DNA of 64,000 nucleotides from Squalus acanthias (taxonomy: Eukaryota): NCBI GenBank assembly GCA_030390025.1, contig CM059432.1:57662001-57726000 (forward strand). Reading direction: 5' to 3'. This document shows, one piece after another, positions 1-12,900 of the stretch (position 1 is the first letter of the stretch; each line of letters opens with the position of its first letter). The notes beneath the pieces were generated by a model. The model was not told the origin of the DNA and did no database searches. It saw only the letters and a list, made by a program, of their open reading frames with translations. The translations under genes were made by a program, and so were the position numbers.

Positions 1-1070
1 ATGATCATATTTCACTGGCTGCTGACATCAAGTCAACATGAGTGAGTGTTGTATGCCATATGGCTATGAGACATTTAATTCTGTCACCAGGTAGCTGGGA
101 GCTCCCCATCTCTCCATCTCCCACCGCCAGGCATGCTGACACTCCACTTATTTCAAGTGCCTCCTCCTCTGCAGCTGTGAGCGTTGTGATGACTGGAGGA
201 CCACCTCTGGTTCTCTGCCTCGCCCTGGTGTTCTGTGCTGTCTTCTCCTGCAAGGAGGGAAACAAGAGACCTTTGAGGGAGAGTGATGGAATGATTGGAA
301 TGGATGGATTGAGAACATCAGTTGAAGGTGACTATGAGGGAGAGGTGTGACATTTTATTGAGATGAGGGTGAGTGTCAGTGGTGGATGGTCAGTTGGGGA
401 TGAGGAAGTGCATAGACAAAGAGGAATGGGTCCACCTGCAAGGTACGTTGGTGTGAGGAGTGATGTGCAGGAGCAGGCTTGGGAAGGCAGAGTGAGGGGG
501 TTGGGGTGACATGCACATCAGGATGTAGTTGAATGTGGCATTGTATTCACCTTTCCTGCCCTCATGAGGTCATTAAATCTTTTCCTGCACTGTATCCAGG
601 AGCATGACACCGCACTCCTGCTGCTGACCTCCTTCGCTATCTCCAGCCATGCCTTCTTTGTCAGTGAGGCTGGCTTCTTCCTCCCTTCGGCAGGAAATAA
701 AACCTCCCTGTGGGCCCTTACACCTCGCAGCATGCGTTCCAGGGAGGCATCACTAAAGCGAGGGCAGCTTTGGAATGTTGAGACTCCATTGTTAGCACCT
801 ACCTATCTTTCTCCCACCTCCACAATCCCTCAAATGTCACCTTTAAATACTTCAGCTGAAATAGACCCATGTATGTCGTCATCATGCCCGCTTGTGTTAA
901 TTATTCGTGAATCCCGGAAGTCAGATGCAAATGCAGCGACTGGGTTAAAAAGCCACTGACAGATGCACTGCAGTAACTTCCAGGTTTCCCCAGCGCTTCC
1001 AGACACCGCGCCCCCCGCCCCCCCCCCCCGCACCCCACTCCCAGCGCGTTGCCAGGTAACTATTCCGGCC
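1..1070 (-). mobile_element. Harbinger/PIF-type DNA transposon relic carrying a Myb/SANT-like gene (runs off window start)
   Basis: Minus-strand terminus GGCCGGAAT at 1070 followed by a GC-rich subterminal region; encodes Myb/SANT-like exons homologous to those at 16189-16931. Confidence 0.75.
88..789 (-). pseudogene. Harbinger Myb/SANT-like DNA-binding protein, exon 1 (789-551, one frameshift near start) and exon 2 (247-88)
   Basis: Exon 1 reads RFSDASLERMLRGVRAHREVLFP...KKAWLEIAKEVSS...RSAVSCSWIQCRKRFNDL, donor AAG|gtgaat. Exon 2 has acceptor ttgcag|, reads EKTAQNTRARQRTRGGPP, is 160 nt and ends G|gtgaca. Confidence 0.8.
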
Positions 1071-3589
1071 AAAGAATCCCATGTTCATCTTTTTACAGCT
1101 GCTGCTTGTGCGAACCACATTCCCGAACATATCTCTCATTTTAAGGTTCTAATCATGCACAGCATTTCTGGCTTCTGATGGACCCCGTGAAAAGGTGTGA
1201 CTTCTCATCTTGGCATTTTACAGGAAAGATTATGTATATTATTTTTAACTCTGAATTGTGCACACACATTACAACATTATCTTCACAAAGAGAACAGCTT
1301 GGTCAGTTTATTGACATTACAACACCTCTTTCTGCACAATCGACTTGTCAATTTTAAGTCCGTTCGACCACTGCATGAACAACCAGCCACTGGTCTTATT
1401 TGGATGCAAAGCCATCACTTTACAGTTTGTTCCAATGAAATGAAATAATAGATGAAAGCAAAGTGGTGTAAATTCAGTAATTATATAATTGATAGGGCAA
1501 CAATGTGTTTATTTTTCATAGATTTCAAAGTGGAAGTTTCAGGAAAACAGATACTGTCATTTTCAATAAAATATTTGTTTCTTTGCACTCATCTTAACAT
1601 TTTTAAAATTGGAATATCATACACCTTCAGCTTCTTGTGACATGTCCTTTTAAAAATCAATGCAGAATAATAGTTTAGCCTGTTATTTCTTAAACAAGCC
1701 AACGTACCACCACAATTCATAAACATTGCAGACCTTCATACAGGGGAGGCCATGAACACTGCACATTGCTCTTTCATTTATTATAATATCTCTATAAAGC
1801 AAAAGTAGGCAGCAAACTTGCAATCAGTTAGGGGCAGTCATACAATATATCATTTACTGTTGTAAGAATCTACACTTCATGTAGTGATTGCATTTTACTA
1901 TTGTCTTGGGGTTTTGTTTATAATCTAATACATAAAGAAGTTCCTTTTGCCTCCTGTGATTCATGAAAACGTTATCTTTTCAATTCATGCTTCTCTGTGT
2001 CTAAATGTACAGATGGTTTTTATGTAATTTTGCTCCTCAGTGCCAGATATCTGTAGTTCTGTTACACTTCTGGAATCAAATGCCACTTGTTCGTCATTAC
2101 GGTGGCCTCCTCACCTGATGTCAGCTCCCCTGATATAATGTCAAACATTTTACTCTAACGGGCAAGGGAAAAGAGAAACTTATTTACAGAGATAGACAGG
2201 GGTGAATTATGCCTGTGTGTGAGACTGGGATTCATCACTGGTTTCGAATTTACTCATATGGCTTCTGACCTGAAACCATTTAGTGACCCTTGTACATACT
2301 TGCAATTTATGCCCAACCATTAATTACCTTTGGAGTTCCAGGAAGAAAAAAACACGAAGAATAGGTATTTGGTGAAATCATTCTATTGCAATAAAAAGCA
2401 ATTATAATACAATGGAAAGCACAGTGCAACATACAGATCTGACCTGTTTGTAATCCTCTCACTTTTTGGTGACTTGATGATGGCCGAGTTAACATAAGTA
2501 ATTCCTCAGTTAAAAAGAAAATAATCCTAGCTAATGTTTTTCCTTATGTACCTGTGATCGACCTGGTTGAGTGAGAGACTTTGTTGACATTTTGAGGAAA
2601 CGCTGGCTGTAAATGAAGAAGAATCAGTATGGTAACATTTCTGAATACATGATACCACTGCAGAACCTCACTTACTGGGAGCGTATATCAGGAAGTTGTG
2701 TAGGTACATCCCCTTACAGAAAAATCATGGTTTCCCAATATGTGCTCCTGATGGGGCAGGCTCTGCGTCGTGAGTGCCCAGTTAGACAATTTACCCTGGT
2801 ATCTCAATGGTGTATATCCACTCACTTCAAGCAGGAGACATACAAAGGGCATTCCTGTCAAAGGAGTACCACTTGCCAAATATTTTTTCATGAAAATATT
2901 CTCTCGTTTGCTTTGTGGGGAAGAAAAATTGGGAGAACTGTGCAACATTGTGTCGTGATGGTATTATACCTAAAATAACTCAATGATTCTTTTTTGATGT
3001 AGCATATATAAGGAGTTTGCAAAGGAAATGCAAAAAAAGTAATGGTGTGCGAAAAAGGCACTAGAGAGAAATATAGTAAAAGACATGTGTGGGAGGGAGA
3101 TGGGGTGGAAATATCAGGAGGGAGGTGGGGCCTTGGACGGGCTGGATTTTTTTGGGGGCCAAGGAGAAGCTCTCCTGCTCTTCCTGGCCCCACCAAAAAA
3201 AAATTAGATATTCCCTGGGCCGTTTTGTGTACATGCTCCAACAGCCCATCTACCCATTTGTACCATGAAATTGTAATCGGGCTCCTACGTATATCATATG
3301 ACTCGTTTTGCATCATTTAATGAGACTACACTTGATTCAGATGGGCATCTGGACATCAGCCCTCACAACTTTAAAAGATAACTGTGCAGGAATAATTTGA
3401 GATGGCAGGAAAATAGTTGGATTCATTAATGGTTATTTTCTTGAAATACCCATCAGGGATCAAAATACTACTTTGCTGCACAATTGCTGTGGTTTAACAA
3501 ATACCAGAGAATATTTTGAAATCAGTGCCAGGCTGCTCATTCAGGCTGACCCAGATGGTATTCTGTTTAACCCAGGCTGAGTTGGAAAC

Positions 3590-4200
3590 CCCACATCCTA
3601 TCTATCATGAAGACTTCCACCTCTGCAACATTCCCCACCTCCACCTTGACCTCACTCCCACTGTTGCCAAAACCCTTATTCATACTTCTGTTAGTTCTAG
3701 ATTTGCCAAATTCAATACCTTCTCTGCTATGATCCTGAGCCCCAGTCTTTACAAACTCCAACTTGTCCTGCAAAAAGTCCTGCCCATCTTTACCGATCTC
3801 TATTAGCTTCCAGCCCCTCCCCCCCCCCCACAATATATTAATACAAATTTCTCATCCTCATTTACAAAGCCCTCCGTAACCTCACCCCATCCTTCTTCTG
3901 AAACCGCCTCCAGCCTTATGTCCCAGTATGCGTCCTTCAATCTCTGACTCTGGGCTGCTATGCAACCCCAGATCCCTCTGCACCATCCATCAATGGCAGG
4001 GCCTTCAGAGATCTCAGCCTTACTGTTTGGAATTCCACCCACCAGGCTGCCTCTTTCCTCATCTTTAAAGGCCTCCTAACTTTTCAACATCCCTTTTGTT
4101 ATTTCTACTAATTCTTCCACTTCTGCTTGATGTCCTATTCTCTTCTGTGAAACCTTGGGATGGTCTCTGTGTTAAAATTGCTATATAAATGCAGATTGTT
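3590..4200 (+). mobile_element. Degraded L2 LINE 3' fragment
   Basis: Remnant KTLIHTSVSSRFAKFN...LYKLQLV; 3' end gctatataaatgca-ttgtt matches L2 copies at 36905-38050 and 58480-59665. Confidence 0.65.
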
Positions 4201-4308
4201 ATTGATATCATTTTCTTTCCTTATAAAACAACATATCCTTTGACTTAAATAACAACAGAAAACGCTGGAAAAACTCAGCAGGCCTGGCAGCATCCGTGTA
4301 GAGAGAAA

Positions 4309-4349
4309 CAGAGTTAACGTTTCAGGTCGAAGACCTTTCGTCAGAACTG
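4309..4349 (-). ncRNA. Minimal hammerhead ribozyme (inverted PLE copy)
   Basis: Reverse complement of 8165-8205. Confidence 0.85.
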
Positions 4350-5107
4350 AAAAAAAGCAGGAAATGGAATAGATTTTAAAGCAAGTTTAGGGGCTGGGAA
4401 AAGGGGGAGGGGATGAAAGAACAAAAGGAAAGGTCAGTGATAGGATAGAAAGCAGGAGAGATTAAGAGACATTGAGAGACGTTAAGAGATATTCAAGGCA
4501 AGAGGGGGTGGTAATGTGACAGGTTGAGGAACAAAGGATGGCTCCAGATGAAGTGTGAATTGCGCTGGCAGAATGAAGGACAGCTGCCATGTGGGAGGGA
4601 AGAAAAAAAGGCCAAACAAAAAGTGTGGATAAAAAAAAAGTGATGGGGCCGAGGTTATGATCTGAAATTGTTGAACTCTATGTTGAGTCCAGAGGGCTGT
4701 AGAGTGCTTAATCGAAAGATGAGGTGCTGTTCCTCGAGCTTACGCTGAGCTTCTGTGGAACAATGCAAGAGGCCGAGGACGGTGAGGTCTGAGTGGGAAT
4801 GGAGCGGTGAATTAAAGTGACAGGCCACCGGGAGCTCGGGGTCCCCCTTACAGACTGAACGGAGGTGTTCCGCAAAGCGGTCACCCAATCTGCGTTTGGT
4901 CTCCCCAATGTAGAGGAGACCACATCATGAGCAGCGAATACAATATACTGAATTGCAAGAAGTACAAGTAAATCGCTGTCTCACCTGGAAGGGGTGTTTG
5001 GCCTGCTGAGTTTTTCTAGCGTTTTCTGTTGTTATTTCGGATTTCCAGCATCCGCAGTATTTTGCTATTGTATTAGTGTTTGGTTCACTGCCACCTCTCT
5101 TCTAGGA

Positions 5108-7859
5108 ATGCCCACCTTGAAGAAGTTCTGCTCTTCTCTTCGACGGGATTTCCGTTTGTCTCTTCAACCTTGTTCATCTTCATTGCTTTCAGTTTCCCTT
5201 CTCGTGTTTGATCAAGTATCTGCCAAGACTCGGTTTCACAGCCACATCTCTTTCCTCAGCAACTGTCTCAGGTTCCGACTTATTCCACGTGGATTCTAAC
5301 TAAACTTCCACCCTTCGTGTTTCGGATCCACCCAGGATTACAAATATCTCCAAGATATTCATCGTTCCTCGAACTACTGCTCTCGCCGCATCTTGAGATC
5401 CACGCTCAACGCCATGCGGCGCCACATGAACACTCTCGACCTCTCTCTTCAGCAGCACCGACGCACTCTATCTCAAAGCTGTCCGGGTCCACAGTTCCAT
5501 TTCATCCTTAGACTCATCCGACGCTTCAGCAAAAAACTTTTTTTCTTCCTTTCCGATGTCAAGGATCGCAAGCTTCATCAACTCTTGAACACCAACGCCC
5601 CTCCGGAACCTTCTTCCCCTTCACTTTCCTCTGACCCCCCTTCTCCCAATCTCACCCCCTGCCGCGTTTTCACTATCCCTTCTGACCTTCCCCTCTCTGA
5701 CCCCGAACGATCAGTCCTCAGCAAAGGCCTGAGCTTCATCCCCTTACGCCCCCATCTCAATGAATTTCGAGCTCAGCACGATGCTGAGCTCTTTTTCCGC
5801 CGCCTTCGCCTCTGTGCCCACTTCTTTGGCCAGGAGCCTTCCCCCCGCACGGCTGACCCTTTCTCCCGCTTTCAGAATTCTTGTTCTACCTGGACCCCTC
5901 CCTCTGGCCTCTTTCCCTCTCTAGATCTTTTCATTGCAAACTGCCGCCGTGACATCGGCCGTCTCCATTTCTATGCTCCCCACACTCACTCCAACCTACC
6001 TCCCTCTGAACTTGCAGCACTCCATTCTCTCAGATCCAACCCCGACATTGTCATTAAACCTGCTGACAAGGGTCGTGCTGATGTTGTTTGGCGAACCGAC
6101 CTCTACCTAGCAGAAGCTGAACGCCAACTCTCCAACACCTCCTCCTACCTCCACCTGGACCATGACCCCACTACTGAACATCAAGCCACCGTTTCCAAGA
6201 CTGTCACTGACCTCATCTCCTCTGGAGATCTTCCCCCCCACGGTCGCCAACCTCATCGTTCCCCAACCCCGCACAGCCCGCTTCTACCTCCTTCCCAAGA
6301 TCCACAAACAGGACTGCCCTGGTAGACCCATTGTTTCAGCCTGTTCTTGCCCCATGGAACTTATCTCTTCCTATCTCGACTCTATTTTTTCTCCCCTTGT
6401 CCAGTCTCTTCCCACCTACATCCGCGACTCTTCCGACGCCCTCCGCCACTTTAACAGTTTCCAGTTTCCCAGCCCCAACCGCCTCCTTTTCACTATGGAC
6501 ATACAATCCCTCTACACCTCCATACCCCACCAGGATGGCCTGAGGGCACTCTGCTTCTTCCTTGAACAGAGGCCTAACCAGACCCCATCCACCACCACCC
6601 TCCTCCGCCTGGCTGAACTTGTTCTCACATTGAACAACTTCTCCTTTGACTCCACTCATTTCCTCCAAATCAAAGGTGTTGCTATGGGAACCCGCATGGG
6701 TCCTAGCTATGCCTGCCTTTTCGTGGGATATGTGGAACACTCTTTGTTCCAGTCCTACTCGGGTCCCCTCCCTCACCTCTTTTTCCGGTACATTGATGAC
6801 TGTATCTGTGCCATCTCCTGCTCTCGCCCTGAACTAAATAATTTCATTCATTTTGCTTCCAATTTCCACCCTTCCCTCACCTTCACATGGTCCATCTCCA
6901 ACTCTTCCCTTCCCTTCCTCGACTTCTCCATCTCCATCTCTGGGGATAGGTTATTGACTAACATTAACTACAAGCCCACTGACTCCCACAGCTACCTGGA
7001 CTACACTTCCTCCCACCCCGCCTCCTGGAAGGACCCAATTCCATTCTCCCAGTTTCTCCGTCTCCGCCGCATCTGCTCTGACGATGCCACCTTCCATACC
7101 AGTGCTTCCGACATGTCTTCTTTTTTCCTCAACCGAGGATTCCCCTCTACTGTGGTTGACACGGCCCTCGACCGTGTCCATTCTATCTCCCGCACTTCCG
7201 CCCTCACCCCTGCCCCTCCCTCCCGGAACCATGATAGAGTTCCCCTTGTACTCACCTTTCACCCCACCAGCCTCCACATTCAACGGATCATCCTCCGCCA
7301 TTTCCGCCATCTCCAGCGTGATCCCACCACCAAACGCATCTTCCCCTCACCTCCCCTTTCAGCATTCCGTAGGGACTGCTCCCTCCGCGACACCCTAGTC
7401 CACTCCTCTACCACCCCGAGCACCCCTTCCCCTTTGCCCGGCACCTTCCCATGCAAGTGCAGGAGATGCAACACATGCCCTTATACCTCCCCCCTTCCCA
7501 CTGTCCAGGGCCCCAAACACCCCTTCCAGGTGAAACAGCGATTTACCTGTACTTCTTGCAATTTAGTATACTGTATTCGCTGCTCACGATGTGGTCTCCT
7601 CTTCATTGGGGAGACCAAACGCAGATTGGGTGACCGCTTTGCGGAACACCTCCGTTCAGTCCGTAAGGGGGACCCCGAGCTCCCGGTGGCCTGTCACTTT
7701 AATTCTCCGCTCCACTCCCACTCAGACCTCACCGTCCTCGGCCTCTTGCATTGTTCCATGGAAGCTCAGCATAAGCTCGAGGAACAGCACCTCATCTTTC
7801 GATTAGGCACTCTACAGCCCTCTGGACTCAACATAGAGTTCAACAATTTCAGATCATAA
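5108..7859 (+). pseudogene. PLE polyprotein: reverse transcriptase + Cys-rich linker + GIY-YIG endonuclease; one nonsense codon (5297-5299) and one frameshift (C-run ~6233-6239)
   Basis: IVIKPADKG, FYLLPKIHK, GRPIVS, QIKGVAMGTRMGPSYA, FRYIDD (RT); CKCRRCNTC linker; NLVYCIRCSRCGLLFIGETKRRLGDRFAEH (GIY-YIG). ATG is preceded by acceptor-like ctctcttctag. Confidence 0.93.
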
Positions 7860-8164
7860 CCTCGGCCCCATCACATTTTTTTTATTCACACTTTTTGTTT
7901 GGCCTTTTTTTCTTCCCTCCCACATGGCAGCTGTCCTTCATTCTGCCAGCGCAATTCACACTTCATCTAGAGCCATCCTTTGTTCCTTAACCTGTCCCAT
8001 TACCACCTCCTCTTGCCTTGAATATCTCTTAACGTCTCTCAATGTCTCTTAATCTCTCCTGCTTTCTATCCTATCACTGACCTTTCTTTTTGTTCTTTCA
8101 TCCCCTCCCCCTTTTCCCAGCCCCTAAACTTGCTTTAAAATCTGTTCCATTTCCTGCTTTTTTC

Positions 8165-8205
8165 CAGTTCTGACGAAAGGTCTTCGACCTGAAACGTTAA
8201 CTCTG
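8165..8205 (+). ncRNA. Minimal type I hammerhead ribozyme in PLE pLTR
   Basis: cagtt-CTGACGA-a-aggtc(ttc)gacct-GAAA-cgtt-aactctg: conserved core, helix II hairpin, palindromic AACGTT in place of helix III. Confidence 0.85.
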
Positions 8206-8458
8206 TTTCTCTCTACACGGATGCTGCCTGGCTAGCTGAGTTTTTCCAGCATTTTCTGTTGTTATTTCCGATTTCCAGCATCCACAGTATTTTGCTATTG
8301 TATCCTTTGACTTAACTTGATTAATGCCATGCAAGATCTGCTATGCAGTATATTTATGAAATACAATGCAGTTAATAATTATCTCATGCAAAAAATTTTC
8401 TGCATATCATATATCTGAATCGTATTTGTTTAAATGAAAATAAGTCACGTAACATTAA

Positions 8459-9262
8459 GGGGAAAAATCTGGTATCGCCCATTTTGGGGTGCTAATATCG
8501 GCCGGGCGCAAAGTTTAGCACCCGGCACTAATTATCGCCTCCGACTGCAAAATTCACCTCTATCACCCCTGGAGGTGATTTGAGCGCTAAATCAGGCGCT
8601 ACACACCTCTTTTAAGGCGCAAATGTCAGGGAGCGAGGCGCTACCTCAGAATGCTACCGAAGCTCAGGCGATTCCATTTACCATGGAAGCCAGACAGACT
8701 GGCGCTGTCCAGTTCTTAAAGGGGAGGGGCCATCTTGCTGGCCAGCCACTCCCTGCTCATTGCAGCCTTGAATCTCGGCCTGGAGAGACCTCAAAAGCAA
8801 TTATGTTGGAAGCACTAATGGATAGGCCCACGGAAAGAGCTCGGTGCTTACGAACCTCAAAAGTGGTGCTGAGGGCCAAAACTCCTTAGGACAGTGTTAA
8901 AACTAAAAATTTTGCCGACAAGAAAAGGCAGGAAGTGCCCGCCTTTAAATAGCGCTCCCCCAGCCCCTTCCCGACTTGAAAACGTTCCCCTCTACCTGTC
9001 GTTCCTAGCGGCAGACGCTAAGGCAGGGGGGCGAGACTCAATATCCGGTCTGGGGCGCTACCGGGGCGTTGCACGCTTGACTGACGTCACGATCTGCGGG
9101 CGCAGGAGATTGTGGTGGTAGTGTTTAGCGCCGCCGCAAAATGACTGGTCAATTTCACGAGCGGCGCTAAAATCGCTGCGCTTGGGCGCTAAGTTCCTAG
9201 CGCTCCGTTAGCGCCCCCCGGAGGCACTAACGGGAGGCACTAACCAACCGAATTTTTCCCCC
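8459..9262 (+). mobile_element. Harbinger-type MITE family A, copy 1
   Basis: TIRs GGGGAAAAAT...ATTTTTCCCC, TAA TSD on both sides, many TAGCGC/GCGCTA motifs; homologous to 23041-23856 and 40702-41591. Confidence 0.85.
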
Positions 9263-9539
9263 TAATAGTTTAGTAGTAGGCCAATGTTATTTTCAAGCAC
9301 ACCATTTCCTTTTGTAAAGGTGTTTCATCAGACGCTAGACAGACCCAATTAAGCCTCAGAACCCTTCATGTATCAGATACAGTAATTGAACATGATCCTT
9401 GTTCGAAGCAAAACAAGTCTTAATGATTGTACTGATGGATATCAAGGTGAATCTGAGAGAGGCAAGCACTCCAGTAAATATCACAGACCCAAACAGCCCA
9501 TTATAGGTCGACAGGCAGCTAGTGTTCACATTTCCACTG

Positions 9540-10620
9540 TTGTCATTTCTCTTTCAGAAGCCCTGCATCCAGGTGCTCACACAGGCTGACACCACTATGG
9601 CATTACTACTCCCCAACTCGTGTGAACAGCTGCAAAATTTTCCCAGGTGGCGACATTGATATTACATTACCTGAGGTTGTGCTTGAGCATGCCATATCTC
9701 TTTTGATGCCCACCCTTCTTCTGCTTGCCCTGTTACAGCTGACTGTACAAGGTCCTTTTTGACATTTTGGATTCCTCCATATGGCCATGTCCAGAGGAGT
9801 GTAGCTGTTCTCATAGTAGCCTAGTCTTAATGCTGTTGGTCTTGACGCACTCGAGGATCTTGCAGTTGTTAATTTTTTCTGCCACTTGATATGCATCATA
9901 GGCTATTGGAGGTGGAATTTCTCAAGCTGTTGAATGTAATGACAGAAATACATTGAAGACTCATATCCACTCACGTAGAAGGATGGTAATGTCTACATCC
10001 CTGTATACTTTCAACCTTGTTGTGAGATTGATCACCTGCTGCTTCCAGACATGCTTTTTCAATCTTTTGAATGTAGAGCTAGCTGTCTTGATATGACCAG
10101 GCACTTCACTCTTTATTAGTACATCATTTGACAACCTGCTACCCAAATAAGTGAACCAATTGATAACATTCAGTGTAATATTGCCAATAATGATTTGGCT
10201 TGGTGTCATGCTTTCTTGAGGCTGGCTGATACATGATCTCTGTTTTCTTCAGGCTTGATGATAAGGTTATAATTCTTTGCTGCTATGTCAAGCCTCATGG
10301 TAATGAATTGCAGATCCTCCTTAGTGTGCACCTCTAGTGTGCAATTATCTGCAAACAAAAGCTTACTTATGAATTCCTCTGTGACCATTTTCAGGTAGAA
10401 AATCTTTCCAGATGTGCGGATACATATGTGGTCTCTTTTGTCATCAAGCACAGCCTGCTCTAAAGGGACTAGGTGCAAGCACACATCCTTGTTTAACTCC
10501 ATTGGTGATGAAAAATGCTCACTTGCTTTATAAAGCATTCCATCATGAAGCTCATTCACAATCTGGACAAATCTTTCTTTGCACATAAACTTGGACAGCA
10601 GTTTCTATAGATCTTGCTAT
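9540..10620 (-). mobile_element. Old degraded RTE-type LINE fragment
   Basis: Remnants FVQIVNELHDGM, LLFADNC, FTYLGSRLSND, ASSTFKRLKKHVW align conceptually with the RTE at 34381-35870. Confidence 0.75.
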
Positions 10621-10735
10621 CAAAAACCAAGGATTGTGTAAGGGGTTTATTGTTGCTATATTCATTCCTCCTAAATCTGCCATCTGATGTCAGTGATGCT
10701 ACAATTTTCTCTGAAGCTTTATTGTTCATCTAGGT

Positions 10736-10940
10736 CTGTGGTGGGCAAAATACGGCCCCCGGACTGTATCTGGCTTGGCAATTGATTCAATCCGGCACAC
10801 GCAGTGGTTCTGAATGGAATGCCTAAATCTCACAATTTTTTTTTAAAAGTAAAAGCTGATTTGTGCATGCACGAAAAATATACACGATTTGCATATGCGC
10901 GAATCGCGTATATTTTCCACGCATGCACAAATCAGGGGCA
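10736..10940. mobile_element. hAT-like non-autonomous fragment with an 80-bp palindrome (10856-10935)
   Basis: ctgtggtgggcaaaatacggccc resembles hAT TIR/subterminal sequence; ctgatttgtgcatgc...gcatgcacaaatcag inverted repeat. Confidence 0.5.
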
Positions 10941-11379
10941 GGAGCATGGGCTCTGAGATTTAGACGAGTTGAAGTTTCTGAGTTATGGTAAGAACCAGTG
11001 AAGTGAGTGGATAATGGTGAAGTGTTTTATGACCTGCTTCATGGGAAATTTGAGCCACTCATAAAGATTTGTCCTATTATTATTTGTGCTAGGGTCACAC
11101 GCAGTGTGTGATGTGTACTATACACAATATAAGACTGTTTATATACTGGTTGATCTCTGGTGGTGTTGTCAGAGGTGTTTAATAAGGAAGTGAATCTCCT
11201 GTCCTATTGCTTTCAGTAAGCGAGAGGATAGGATGTTTGGGATGAGTAGGCTGGGTTCGTAAGAATTCACTTGTGCATTCCCCTCCCTTCACCTCACCTC
11301 AAATTTAATTCTGAGATTTAGGCATTTCTGGATTCAGGAGATAAGTCAAGGACCTCATCTCTGCAAAATAGTAAACTTG

Positions 11380-12900
11380 CAAGGAACATAAAAGCGGATT
11401 GTTAAAGCTTCTACAAGTATGTAAAAAGAAAAAGATTAGTGAAGACAAATGTAGGTCCCTTACAGTCAGAAACGGGAGAATTTATAATGGGGAACAAGGA
11501 AATGGCAAAGCAATTAAACAAATACTTTGGGCTGGATTTTGAATGACCCATGGAGTCAGGTTTGGAGGCGTGTGGGGGGTTAAATTTGCGGGGTCGGGGG
11601 TCCCGACCCCATCCCGCCTCCACGCAATTTTGACAAAATCAGTCGCGGGGTTCCCGACTCCGTCCCGCCTCCAAGAGACGGGAGAGGCCCTTAAAGCCCT
11701 TAACAAGCCCTAAATTGGCTCTGTAATGCCATTTTGAAACGTTTTAGCTAGTTTAACCCTTTTCTGACGTGAAGCACACCTGGTGTGAAACACTCCAGTG
11801 AAACCTGGCGGGAGCACAAGTGGATAGCTGACTATCAGCTGCAGGTCCACTATTACAACGGAGATGTGATGAAGGTAGTAGTAGTATTAGGTTTTCACCT
11901 CTGATGCTGCTGCATTGAATGAATCTCAATCTCTCTCTCTCTCTCTCCATTTTGCATCCAGGTCCACTCACATCAAAATCAAGCCAGGCAGGTCCTCTCT
12001 CTCACCAACAGCCAGACAGTCTCTGCAACCAGGCAGTCAGCAATTATGACATCATCAGAGGCGACTTTCAGACTGAAACCACTAATTAGTTCATGGGTTC
12101 CCACATGCTGGAACTCAATTGCCCAATTAAGTGAAAATTGCATCATTCATCCACATTAATCTGGAGTCGGGGGGGGAACACGAAATGCGGATGACACGAC
12201 CCCAACCCGACCCCAAGACAAAATCCAGCCCCTTGGTTCTGTCTTCACAGAAGAGGACACAAATAACTTCCCAGAAATGCTAGGGAACCAAGGGTCTAGT
12301 GAGAAGGAGGAATTAAAGGAAATTAGTATTAGTAAAAAAATAGTGCTGGGGAAATTAATGGGACCGAAAGCCGATAAATCCCCAGGGCCTGATTATCTGC
12401 ATCCCAGAGTACTAAAAGAGGTAGCCATGGAAATAGTGGATGCATTGGTTGTCATCTTCCAAAATTCTATCGATTATGGAACAGTTCCTGCAGATTGGAG
12501 GGTGGCAAATGTAACCCCACTATTTAAAAAAGGAGGGAGAGAGAAAACAGGGAACTACAGACCGGTTAGCCTAACATCAGTAGTAGGGAAAATGCTAGAG
12601 TCTATTATAAAGGATGTGATAACGGGACACTTATAAAATATCAACGGGATTAGACAAAGTCAGCATGGATTTATGAAAGGGAAATCGTGTTTGACAAACC
12701 TACTGGAGTTTTTTGAGGATGTAACTGGTAGAATAGATAAGGGAGAACCAGTGGATGTGGTGTATTTGGATTTTCAGAAGCCCTTTGATAAAGTCCCACA
12801 TAAGAGGTTAGTGTGCAAAATTAAAGCACATGGGATTGGGGGTAATATACTAGCATGGATTGAAAATTGGTTAACAGACAGGAAACAGAGAGTAGGAATA
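11380..12900 (+). mobile_element. CR1 LINE fragment (RT N-terminal part), interrupted by a MITE
   Basis: [53 protein letters not shown]. Confidence 0.92.
11529..12231 (-). mobile_element. Harbinger MITE family B (deletion derivative of the 15910-19164 element, opposite orientation)
   Basis: TIRs GGGCTGGATTTT...AAAATCCAGCCC; 3-bp TSD TTT/CTT; removal restores CR1 aaatactttggttctg; both ends match the ends of 15910-19164. Confidence 0.9.

Larger units (their letters stand above)
4249..8300 (+). mobile_element. Penelope-like element (Neptune-type): inverted 3' partial copy (4249-5001) followed by a full-length unit
   Basis: Flanked by 15-bp TSD TATCCTTTGACTTAA (4234-4248, 8301-8315). 4249-5001 is the reverse complement of ~7513-8267; 5001-5072 repeats the 3' terminus (pLTR). 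Confidence 0.95.

Noticed and set aside
2613..2978. Overlapping ORFs in non-repeat-looking DNA
   Set aside because: No domain, no convincing splice sites, stops in alternative readings.
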